Positions 9,953 through 19,006 are shown, counted from the stretch's first letter. The stretch is DNA of 20,000 bases from Malacoraja senta (GCA_038087875.1 JAXLNO010000140.1:173155-193154); one strand, 5' to 3'. Notes: generated from the letters alone by a model not told the origin. Program-made: numbers and translations.

Positions 9953-10510
9953 ATAGAAACATGGAAATTATGAACAGGAGTAAGCAATGTGGCCCTTCAA
10001 GCCCACTCAACCCCTCAGTGTGATCATGGCTGATCATCCAAATTGTGTCCCCAGTTGGGAGACTCCCCATACCTTTCTCCCCTTACCTCTTGGTCCCTCT
10101 AGCTACAATAACAATATTTAACTCATGAGTATATTCAACGATCTGATTTCAATTGCATTCCATGATAGATAATTCCTCTGGTTCACCACTCTGGATGAAG
10201 ATATTTCTCCCCCTCTGAGTTCTACATGACCTCAACTTATCCTCGCTCTGTGATCCTGGTCCTGAAACTCCCAGCATCAGGAACATGTTACCTCGAATCT
10301 TTCCAGTCCTGTTACAACTTCTACATTTTGTAGGTTTCTATAAAATGATCATTCCTTCCAAACTCCAGTGAATATTGACCAGATTGCTCTTCATACGTCA
10401 GCGCTGCCATCCCTACAGTTAATTTGCTGCACTTCTGATGTGTTCCCTCCATAGCAAAAATATCCTTCCTTAAGGAAAAGTGTCTCCTTCCATCTGCTTT
10501 AACCAAACTG
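9953..10510 (-). mobile_element. CR1 LINE 3' fragment, old
   Basis: Tail atagaaacatggaaatt...ggagtaagcaatgtggcccttcaagc, gatcatggctgatc, and ccttccaaactccagtgaata (YSLEFGR). Confidence 0.8.
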
Positions 10511-10604
10511 TGACGCTTTCTGCTCCCCATTCCCCTCACCTGGATGTAGATTGCCAGTGTGTTTGTCAAATCTTCAATTGAGTTCAGATTTTTAAATCCA
10601 CTTG

Positions 10605-10712
10605 TGGAGTCATATAGCACAGAAACAGGCCCTTTGTGCCCAACACGTCCACGTCAACCATCAGGTACCCGTACAACTAATCCCATTTGCCAGCATTTGC
10701 CTGTAGCTTACA
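10605..10712 (-). mobile_element. CR1/SINE 3' tail fragment
   Basis: gagtcatatagcacagaaacaggccctt...ctaatcccatttgccagcatttg. Confidence 0.6.
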
Positions 10713-11099
10713 GAGGTGCCTAAGTCCAGAGGGTTGAGGTTTTAAAACAAAAAAGATTTAGAGGAAATCAGAGAAAGCATATTGTGGGTTGCATTTGATC
10801 ATACTGCCCGAGACAGAGGTCCTGCTGGTTCAGGTACTTGTCCTGATACTTTGTAAATGGTGTGAGAGAGCATCTGTGTTGGGGACAGTGTGTTAAAAAT
10901 GTCTCAGTAACTCCTGTTCTCTGCATTAACTTAATAATTGTCAAACCATGAACCAAAAGCAGCAAATGGGCTCGGCTGGAAAATTGTAGCGCGTTTTCTC
11001 ATTGTGCAGGGTTGACGTAAATTGGCAGAAAACATTGAGGGGTCGAGACTGCAGATTCCTGCCATAGCAACCCCCACCCCAACAACCCATCCCTGTTCC

Positions 11100-11322
11100 C
11101 AAAATACCATTGACACCCGTTCTAATCAAGAATTGGTCTATCTCTGCCTTAAAAATATCCACTGACTTGGCCTCCACAGCCCTCTGTGGTAATGAAGTTT
11201 CTCCTCACCTCATTTCTAAAGGCGCACCCTTTAATTCTGAGCCTATGACCTCTGGTCCTAGACTCTCCCACAAGTGGAAACATCTTTTCCACATCCACTC
11301 TATGCCTTTCATTAGTCTGTAA
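11100..11322 (-). mobile_element. CR1 LINE ORF2 C-terminal fragment
   Basis: RVDVEKMFPLVGESRTRGHRLRIKGCAFRNEVRRNF and EAKSVDIFKAEIDQFLI. Confidence 0.85.
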
Positions 11323-11436
11323 GTATCCACATATCCTCACGTGGATCGTGTCCAAAAATCCAAATCTTTGCTGTCCCTTTAGGAAGAATCAGTGTTCTGT
11401 TGAAAGGAAGGGGGATAATTGTGGGTAGAGAATTGT

Positions 11437-11710
11437 GGGCAGCACAGTGGTAGAGTTGTTGCCTTACAGCGCTTGCAGCGCCAGAGACCCCGGTTCGATC
11501 CCAACTATGCGTGCCGTCTGTACGGAGTTTGTACGTTCTCCCCGTGACCTGCGTGGGTTTTCTTCTAGATCTTCGGTTTCCTCCCACTCTCCAAAGACGT
11601 ACAGGTTTGTAGGTTAATTGTCTTGGTAAATGTAAAACAAAATTGTCCCGAGTGTGGGTAGGATAGTGTTAATATTTCCTGTTTCCGCGCTGAATATCGA
11701 AATGAAACTG
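11437..11710 (+). mobile_element. tRNA-derived V-SINE (HE1-like)
   Basis: A-box-like agtggtagagttg, B-box ggttcgatccc, V-domain ggagtttgtacgttctccccgtgacctgcgtgggtttt...cggtttcctcccactctccaaagac, and CR1-like tail cctgtttccgcgctg. Confidence 0.88.
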
Positions 11711-11751
11711 AGAATCTTTCCTAATTTTTTTGTTCTTGTTCTCTCTTGCAG

Positions 11752-11920
11752 CCGGAGGTTCATCCTGGGAACTGTTGGCCATTTAAAGGCTCCCAAGGCT
11801 TTGTTGTCATCGAGCTTGCTTCCGGATCAGGCCAACAGCCTTTACCCAAGAGCACATTCCAAGATCCATTTCTCCGAGTGTGGATCAATTAGAAGTGCCC
11901 CTCAAGACGTCTCTGTTTAT
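11752..11920 (+). pseudogene. SUN-domain exon with two frameshifts (169 nt instead of the expected 168)
   Basis: ttctctcttgcag acceptor and TAT|gtgagt donor. PEVHPGNCWPFKGSQGFVVIELAS, RIRPTAFTQEHIPRSISPS and GSIRSAPQDVSVY lie in three different frames. The unshifted frame hits TAG at 11890-11892. Confidence 0.92.
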
Positions 11921-12619
11921 GTGAGTGAAACGTATAGAATATGAGTGAATGTTTGGGAACCATGGTGTTTGTGTGGAGCATGCTGCTGAACATGGCAAGG
12001 CTTTCTTGGACATTGGATTCCATGTTCAGGGTCCCGAGTGGTCTCACAATCCACGTCAATAACATTAACGTTCTGTTAAAAATGAGCAAATTCCATTTCA
12101 CAGTCCAGAACAATAATCCATCAAATAGAAGGCCCTCTAATATAATCTTCAATCTTCCATGCTACACAAGTTGCTCATACTGGTGTTTGAACTGTGATTC
12201 TGGGTTTTCACTGTCTTCACTGAGTTTTGTCACTTTATTGCACAATCCTCAACACTGCTAACCACCAAAAGCTTCATACAGTGATGAAGCAACTTTACAA
12301 CCAATAGATGAGATTAAAGTTAACACTACACATACTAGGGACAATTTTTATGCCAAGTGCTTTCCTGAGTGGGGGTGAACAATTCTTCACTGGTATTCTC
12401 TCAGGATTGAGGATGACTTGCTTCCACTCTAGTTCTGTGGGTATAGAGGTGCCTGATGAGGCCCCTGTGGTGGGACACACTGATTCTACCACAGATGAGA
12501 GTTGATGCTACGCATCGTTTCATTCTTTGATTGTGTACAGATTCACTTCATGTGCTAAATGAGGTGATGACATTTTTCCAATTGACTGTTTGAAATGAAA
12601 TTATGTTATATATTCAACC

Positions 12620-12744
12620 AATGTCTTGCCTACTATGTCAATGCCTACTATGTTCTGTTGTGCTGAAGCAAAGCAAGAATTTCATTGTCCTATCAGGGAC
12701 ACATGACAATAAACTCTCTTGAATCTTGAATCTTGAATCTTGAA
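12620..12744 (+). mobile_element. LINE 3' tail (Rex1/Babar- or L2-type) with (CTTGAAT)n end
   Basis: gcaagaatttcattgtcc...acatgacaataaactct followed by cttgaatcttgaatcttgaatcttgaa. Confidence 0.6.
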
Positions 12745-12856
12745 GCTTTCTTCCAGGCAAGGGTGAAAGTCCTGCTTTCACCAGCTGGTATAATTGTTGG
12801 GGTGACTGGAGAGTAATTTCTGTGTGTAAAGCTTGCTAATTTCTACTTGTTCACAG

Positions 12857-12949
12857 GGCTTGGATGATGAAAATCAAGCCGAAGGGATCCTATTGGGACC
12901 ATACACGTATAACGAGGAAGGGGATTCAATCTAGACGTTTGAGGTGCAG
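12857..12949 (+). pseudogene. SUN-domain exon with in-frame nonsense codon (93 nt, phase 0/0)
   Basis: ttctacttgttcacag acceptor and CAG|gtatgg donor. Translates as GLDDENQAEGILLGPYTYNEEGDSI*TFEVQ, with TAG at 12932-12934 where SUN1/SUN2 have Gln (IQTF/LQMF). Confidence 0.92.
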
Positions 12950-13221
12950 GTATGGAAGTGAATAAAGGATCATTGATTCTTTGCTGGAACAATCCTATAA
13001 CCTTCGCCTTTTCCTGCAAGCTTTTATTTTCCTTTGCCTCAAATATTTATCTATCTTTTACAAACTATATTTTGCGATGTAGTAACTGTTAACCAAAATC
13101 TGGCATGTGCCAATATTTGACAGTTCGCTCACTGGTGTTTGAACTGTGATTCTGAGTTTTGGTGCTGACTTCACCCATGTTTTAGTTTAGCTTAAAGATG
13201 CAGTGCTGAAACAGACCCTTA

Positions 13222-13888
13222 AGGGCCTGTCCCACTTGGCTGTCTTTCGCGCGCCATTTACGCGACTTGCTAGCGTGTAGGTAGTACGTGGGTAGCATGG
13301 GGACGGGCGCATGGTGTGGTGTGGAGGAGTGCGGTGTGGTGTGGAGGAGTGTGGACTTTGTCCTGCATGAAATCTTCACGCGCCAACGGCCTGTCGCGCA
13401 ACTGACGGCCAAAGTGGGACAGGCCCAAGACCCTGGCGCGACGCAACGTCTCACCTCCAACAGCAGCTGAAGCAGGCAAACGATCGTCAAACTCAGCCTG
13501 GGGCTCATGGCCGTTGCGGATCCGGGTCCGCCCCCACTCCTACTCCCAGATCGGGGCCAAGACGATCCAAGATAGACATAAAATGCCGGAGTAACTCAGC
13601 GGGACAGACAGCATCTCTGGAGAGAAGGAATGGGTGACGTTTCGGGTCAAGACCCTTCTTTCAGACTGAAGAAGGGTCTCGACCCAAAATATCATCCATT
13701 CCTCCTCTCCAGAGATGCTGCCGGTCCCGCTGAGTTACTCCTGCATTTTTGTGCCCATTTACAAATGACGTCTCGTGCTCCAGACGGCTGTGTGGGCGCA
13801 TGATGACGCGTGCGACTCTCACGGGACCATCGCGCGACCGTCACTACCGGCCTGTTGCGTAAGTGACGGCCCAGGTGGGACAGGCCCT
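13222..13888. mobile_element. PIF/Harbinger-like MITE composite inserted in an antisense SINE tail
   Basis: TIR agggcctgtcccac at 13222 and gtgggacaggccct ending at 13888, with an extra internal right end at 13413-13427. The TIR is the same as in 19007-19335. The flanks gaaacagaccctt and agtccgcaccgaccagcga belong to one SINE tail. Confidence 0.75.
13569..13755. repeat. Penelope-derived palindrome with back-to-back hammerhead-like motifs
   Basis: About 95-bp arms: ggagtaactcagcgggacagacagcatctctggagagaaggaatgggtgacgtttcgggtcaagacccttctttcag and ctgaagaagggtctcgacccaaaatatcatccattcctcctctccagagatgctgccggtcccgctgagttactcc. Confidence 0.82.
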
Positions 13889-13935
13889 TAGTCCGCACCG
13901 ACCAGCGACCAGGAATCCCCGCACACTAACACTAT

Positions 13936-14158
13936 CAATAGACAATAGGTGCAGGAGTAGGCCATTCAGCCCTTCAAGCCAGCACCGCCATTCAATGTGA
14001 TCATGGCTGATCATCCACAATGAGTGCCCTGCTCCTGCCTTCTCCCGCCTTCTCCCCACATCCCCTGACTCCGCTATCTTCAAGAGCTCGATCTTGCTCT
14101 CTCTTGGAAAGTTTCCAGAGAAGCGCCCTCTGTGGTAGACAATTCCACAGACTCACAA
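13936..14158 (-). mobile_element. CR1 LINE 3' end with internal deletions
   Basis: caatagacaataggtgcaggagtaggccattc...gatcatggctgatc...gccctctgtggtagacaattccacagactcacaa. Confidence 0.8.
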
Positions 14159-14159
14159 G

Positions 14160-14412
14160 ACCCACACGAGGGACAAATTACATTTATACCAACACAATTA
14201 ACCTACGAACCAGTATTTGGTGTGGAAGGAAACCGAAGATCTCGGAGAAAATGATCAGCCATGATCACATTGAATTGCGGTGCTGGCTCGAAGGGCCGAA
14301 TGGCCTACTCCTGCACCTATTGTCTATTATCTATTGTCTATAAAACCCATGGGGAGAATGTACAAACTCTGGAACCCGGAGTTGTAAGGCAGCAACTCTA
14401 TCGCTGAGCCTC
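14160..14412 (-). mobile_element. Antisense V-SINE remnant interrupted by a sense CR1 tail (14251-14340)
   Basis: gggacaaattacattt...aattaacctac...ggaggaaaccg-like...gggagaatgtacaaactc...gtaaggcagcaactcta flanks atgatcagccatgatcacattgaa...gggccgaatggcctactcctgcacctattgtctatt. Confidence 0.75.
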
Positions 14413-14414
14413 CG

Positions 14415-14688
14415 GGGCGAGGTTGGGGTTGGGGTTGTGGGGGGAGGGGCGGGGTGGGGTTGGGGTTGTGGGGGGGGGGTTGTGGGGGGAGGGGCGGGGT
14501 TGGGGTTGTGGTTGTGGGGGGTGTTGTGGGGGAGGGGCGGGGTTGGGGTTGTGGGGGGAGGGGGTTTGGGGTTGTGGGGGAAGGAGGGGTGTGGAGGAGG
14601 GGGGTTGTGGGGGTGGGGCGGGGTTTGGGTTGTGGGGGAGGAGGAGGGTGTGTGGGGGGAGGGGGGTTGTGGGGGGGAGGGGGGTGTA
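14415..14688 (+). repeat. G-rich low-complexity tandem repeat (ggggttgtgggggga-like units)
   Basis: Dense G4-G8 runs separated by tt, ttgt, a or c. Confidence 0.9.
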
Positions 14689-14879
14689 TGGAGTTGAGTC
14701 GGAGATGTCGCCAAATGGAAAGCGGAGACTGATCCCAGCGTAGGAGAACGACCAGCGCCCACTGTGAGTCCCCATCGCACTGCCAATTCCAGCCACTACC
14801 CCTCTGGTCCCCCTCGCTGGCTCCCGTGATACCCCCTTCTTCCCCATGGCTCTTCCCCTGTATTTTCTCCGAGCTCTCT

Positions 14880-15353
14880 ACCCCTCCCCCCGTCCACACA
14901 CCCCACAATCCCCCCATAACCCCTCCCACCCACACCCCCCCTCCCCACAAACCCCCATCCACCCCACACCCTCCCCTCCCTGCACAATCCCCCCATAACC
15001 CCTCCCACCCACACACCCCCTCCCCCCACATCCCCTCCCACCCACACACCCCCCCTCCCCACAAACCCCCTCTCCCCCACATCCCCTGCCACCCACACAC
15101 CCTCTCGCCACACAACCCCCCCCCACATCCCCACCCACACACCCCCTCCCCCACAAACCCTCCCATCCACACATCGCTCCCCCCACAAACCCCCCACCCA
15201 TCCCCTCCTCACTCATCCCCTCACCCATCCACACACCGCTCCCCCATGCAAACACTCTCCCTTGCCCACACACTCCCCCCTCCCACACTCCTCCCGCCCA
15301 CATACACACCTCCCCCTCCCCCGCCACACACCCCACTTCCCTCCTCCCCTCCC
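14880..15353 (+). repeat. C-rich low-complexity tandem repeat (cccacacacccc / ccccacaaacccc units)
   Basis: Dense C-runs with aca and acaa spacers. Confidence 0.9.
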
Positions 15354-15408
15354 ATGAGGGTGAGGGAGTGCTGGGGGATGAGGGGAAGTTAGGGGCTATG
15401 GGTGAGTA

Positions 15409-15467
15409 GTGGAATATTGCGTTGGGGGAACCAGGCCTCCCTCCCGTGAGACTGGGACTTAGTCTAG
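15409..15467 (+). mobile_element. Helitron 3' terminus of the same family as 3113-3967, lacking the hairpin
   Basis: gtggaatattgcgttggggga...cctcccgtg...tgggacttagtctag|t matches the reverse complement of 3113-3182. The 5' end was not located. Confidence 0.78.
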
Positions 15468-15842
15468 TAAGATATAGGAGCCTGAATCGTTCCGGTTCAG
15501 GAGTGCGAGGTGTGCCGTCAGAGAGCAAGGAGGGCTGTCGGTGCAGGGAAGGTCATCAGAGATAGAGGGGTCTCACCCACAACTCCAACCCCCAGCCCAG
15601 TGATACATTCAGACATTGTCAATGGCAGAAGCCTGCACACTATCCCACCCCACAGACTTCCTTCCAATACATAGCCAACAGCACAGTGCCTGACCCACAT
15701 TACAAATCCCAAAACACATGAGCAAGGGTATTGTGGACGGCTGGGACAGATTGACTAAGCGTCTGAGGGCCATTCATGCAAACATGTTAAATATAAGCAT
15801 GCCTAGGTAGAGTCCCATGTTATTGCTAAAGCGATTTATAAT

Positions 15843-17677
15843 AAGCCAGTTCGGTATTCCGACTGTGAATGCACAGGTCATAGGTGGCTCGGGCTAAACA
15901 CTGGTGGTGGCCGTGCCACTGGATGGATGCAGACCTGCGTCTTGTCCCTATCCAGCCACCGCTGGGCTGTCCCCGTCTCCGTCCCCTCCCGAATGTCCGT
16001 CTGGGGCGGCCCCGGGCCGGGGGGTTGGTGCCGGCTCCAACTCTACCTGTCCCGGCGGGCGCTGGCCCGTCATAGAAACAGAAACATAGAAAATAGGTGC
16101 AGGAGGAGACCATTCGGCCCTTTGACCCAGCATCGCCATTCATTGTGATCATGGCTGATCGTCCCCTATCAATAACCCGTGCCTGCCTTCTCCCCGTATC
16201 CCGTGACTCCACTAGCCCCTAGAGCTCTATCTAACTCTCTCTGAAATCCATCCAGTGATTTGGCCTCCACTGCCCTCTGTGGCAGGGAATTCCATAAATT
16301 CACAACTCTCTGGGTGAAAACGTTTTTTCTCACCTCAGTCTTAAATGACCTCCCCTTTATTCTAAGACTGTGGCCCCTAGTTCTGGACTCACCCAACATT
16401 GGGAACATTTTTCCTGCATCTAGCTTGTCCAGTCCTTTTATAATTTTATATGTTTCTATATGACCCCCCCTCATCCTTCTAAACTCCAGTGAATACAAGC
16501 CTAAGTCTTTTCAATCTTTCCTCATATGACAGTCCCGCCATCCCAGGGATCATCTGGTGAACCTATGCTGCACTGCCTCAATTACAAGGATGTCCTTCCT
16601 CAAATTAGGAGACCTAAACTGTACACAATACTCCAGCTGTGGTCTCACCAGAGCCCAATACAACTGCAGAAGAACCTCTCTACTCCTATACTGAAATCCT
16701 CTTGTTAGTGGATAAGAAGCACCAACTGCAGCTCAACCCCACCGGCGTCTCCCCTCTGCACTGCCTGCGGGCCTGGACCGACCGACACTCCCGTCCGCGG
16801 ACCTGTGGATAGAAGAGCCTCCTTCACACCTCCTACACATTAGACGTGTGTGTGAGCGTGGTTGGGATGGATGGGAGCGGGGATTTCCACGGGCGCAACT
16901 AAGGAACAAAGGACCTGAAGTTTGCGTTGAGTGAACTGTGTTGTTAACATTCTCGCCGCCGGACACCGGCGTTTTGTGAGAGTGGTTGGATCCCAGCTTC
17001 AGCTCAACCAACGTCGGTCACATTATCCGGACAGACAGACAGACAGACAGGCGGGCGGCGGGGGATCAGGAGCTGATGTGAGGCATCGGTGATGCTGTGG
17101 GATCCTAGTCAGCTGCCGCTGAGCAGCGGGATGGAGGAGGCAGCTCTCGACCCGGGGTGTAGAGGTATCACTTCTTCCAGCGGCGAGTGAGTGGAGGGAG
17201 AGGCACCAGCTACCGTGGCCGCTCACCTGTCTGTCGGCTGCTGACTCCTCCATCCCTGGATCCCGGGATACAACCACTCTCACAAAACGCGGGTGTACGA
17301 CGAGGACGGTAAGAACACTCAGTTCACTCAACGCAAACTTTAGGTCATTTGTTCCTTGCACCAGCGGAAATCTCCAGCGCGGTGGAGACGAGGGGTTTCT
17401 GAAGTTGCATTCTGTCGATTGAGGACATTTTCTCCACTCTCCTAGAAGCAACGAGCCATGGCTTTACCAGTGGTTGTTTGTCTAACTGAAACCTCTTTCC
17501 CCCACCTCTCACCGTCTCTCCCTGTCTCCCACTTGCATCTGCCCCCTCTCTCTCTCTCTTGCTGTTACACCCCGCTCTCCCCGCTACCAGGTACCCCGTT
17601 CGGTTTTTTTTAAATTCTCGAATGACCTTTGCCAAATCCCCTGATTCCTTGTGTTTTTCGGAATACCGAACTGGCTT
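15843..17677. mobile_element. Non-autonomous TIR DNA transposon, possibly ISL2EU/PHIS-type
   Basis: Perfect 23-bp inverted repeat aataagccagttcggtattccga (15840-15862) and tcggaataccgaactggcttatt (17658-17680). It can be parsed as a 20-bp TIR with an AT TSD in an AATT site. No transposase is visible. Confidence 0.7.
16071..16707 (-). mobile_element. Young 5'-truncated CR1 LINE nested in the TIR element
   Basis: ORF 16169-16498 YSLEFRRMRGGHIETYKIIKGLDKLDAGKMFPMLGESRTRGHSLRIKG...FTQRVVNLWNSLP, with a (catagaaa)-type tail at 16071-16092. Confidence 0.93.
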
Positions 17678-17847
17678 ATTCCGTGATGCTCAGTTCCACT
17701 TTTGGGCCTAATTTTTTGTAACATTTGTGCTGGGGTAATGTTTACTGAGATGCTCTAAACAGGAAGTCCTGCTGCCTGTCTTTCTACCTTCTATATGGAT
17801 GCCAATTTCTTAAAGTTTTAAGCCAACTGCTTGTATAGGAAATACCA

Positions 17848-18217
17848 GCAACTGCAGATGCTGGTTTACAAAAAAAGACTCAAAGTGCTGGAGTAACTCA
17901 ATGGGTCAGACAGACAGAATCTCTGGAGAACATGGATAGGTGATATTTTGGGTCAAGACCTTTCTTCAGATGGATGGTAATCGGGAGGAGGGAGAAAACT
18001 AGGAGAGAAGTTAGTGATTTCAATCTTCATATCATTAGGTTGTAAACTACCCAAGTGTTAGATGAAATGCTGCTTCTCCAGTTTATGTGTTGTCTCACTC
18101 TGGCAACGGAGGAGGCTGAGGACAGAAAGCTTATGATGGGAATGTGAAGGGCAGTTAAAATGGTGAGCAACTGGAAGATCCAGTATGTTGGCAGACCAAG
18201 CACTAGTGTTCGGCTAA
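17848..18217 (-). mobile_element. Penelope-like element fragment (GIY-YIG end plus pLTR)
   Basis: actgcagatgctggttta...gctggagtaactca...gggtcaagacctttcttcaga, then ggttgtaaactacccaag...gatgaaatgctgcttctccagttt (antisense KLEKQHFI..LGSLQP). Confidence 0.75.
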
Positions 18218-18287
18218 TCTGACAACATTCTGCAGTACATATTCCATCAACTGAAACTACGAGAGGATGCTTGCTGTGGCATCATTG

Positions 18288-18560
18288 CCTCAAAATTAAA
18301 GGGCGCTCTTTTAGAAAGGAGGTGAGCAGGAACTTCTTTAGTCAGAGGTAATTAATCTGTGGAATTCATTGCCACAGAGGGCTGTGGAGGCCAAGTCAGT
18401 GGATATTTTTAAGGCAGAGATAGACAAATTCTTGAATAGAACGTGAGTCGAGGGTTATGGGGAGAAGATAGGAAAATGGGATTAGGAGGCAGAGATCAGC
18501 CATGATTGAATGGCGGGGTGGACTTGATGGGCCGAATGGTCTAATTCTAATCCTCCAATT
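18288..18560 (+). mobile_element. CR1 LINE 3' fragment
   Basis: aatctgtggaattcattgccacagagggctgtggaggccaagtcagtggatatttttaaggcagagatagac...gggccgaatgg. Confidence 0.88.
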
Positions 18561-19006
18561 TGTCAATGTGACAATGATTGACATTAAGGCCAGCCCAACC
18601 CATCCAACGTTGCCTATTGCAGTGATTCAGTGACTCCTTGACTTTTGCAGTTTGTTTCTTATCTCAACACTACTGCCAAAATCAGCAGCAATATGTGGAT
18701 AGGCATAAGCTGCAGTTTGCTTTTGCCACTATTTGATTTGTAATCAGTTAATTCAGGTTTGATTTTGGTGAACAGAGTCAGGCCATCATCAATGGTTGAT
18801 ACAAATTAGTGTTGAATGTTACGTTTCTGTGTGTGTTGATGTGGTGGTGGACTCAAATAGTTTGCTTTTATTCATTTCAGAAATTGATATTTTAAAGGGA
18901 AAGGATGAGCTGTGACTTGGATGCGGCCCAAAAATTCAACTGAGCTTTCAGGATCAATTATAGCTCAAGAAAAAGTCTTTAGGAAATTGTACTGACCATC
19001 TTCTGA

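Larger units (their letters stand above)
1..12949 (+). pseudogene. SUN1/SUN2-like: SUN-domain protein gene (SUN1/SUN2-type LINC complex component), multi-exon, apparently disrupted; 5' part lies outside the window and the last exon was not found
   Basis: With the frameshifts corrected, the spliced exons give ...EVKSIVEQALKLYRTDRVGLVDYALESA-GGSVIHTRYTETLETKTALLTLFGFPLWYQSHSPRAVIQ-PEVHPGNCWPFKGSQGFVVIELASRIRPTAFTQEHIPRSISPSGSIRSAPQDVSVY-GLDDENQAEGILLGPYTYNEEGDSI*TFEVQ. This is colinear with the SUN1/SUN2 C-terminus (DYALESGG, ETKTALLSLFGIPLWY, PGNCWAF, TLEHIP). It contains frameshifts and an in-frame stop. Confidence 0.9.

Noticed and set aside
11437..11510. tRNA gene
   Set aside because: The A and B boxes are the head of a V-SINE; no cloverleaf or acceptor stem is evident.
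12400..12500. CTGATGAG as a hammerhead core
   Set aside because: No GAAA after a stem II; probably an old repeat fragment that I cannot assign confidently.
14327..15528. Long Gly- or Pro-rich ORFs (up to 281 aa) on both strands
   Set aside because: Artefacts of stop-free G/C low-complexity arrays; open in nearly every frame.
18236..18290. ctgcag|YIFHQLKLRED as a degenerate last SUN exon
   Set aside because: Only vague similarity to FQIVELR, with no NWG, YTC or RVHG and a poor pyrimidine tract.
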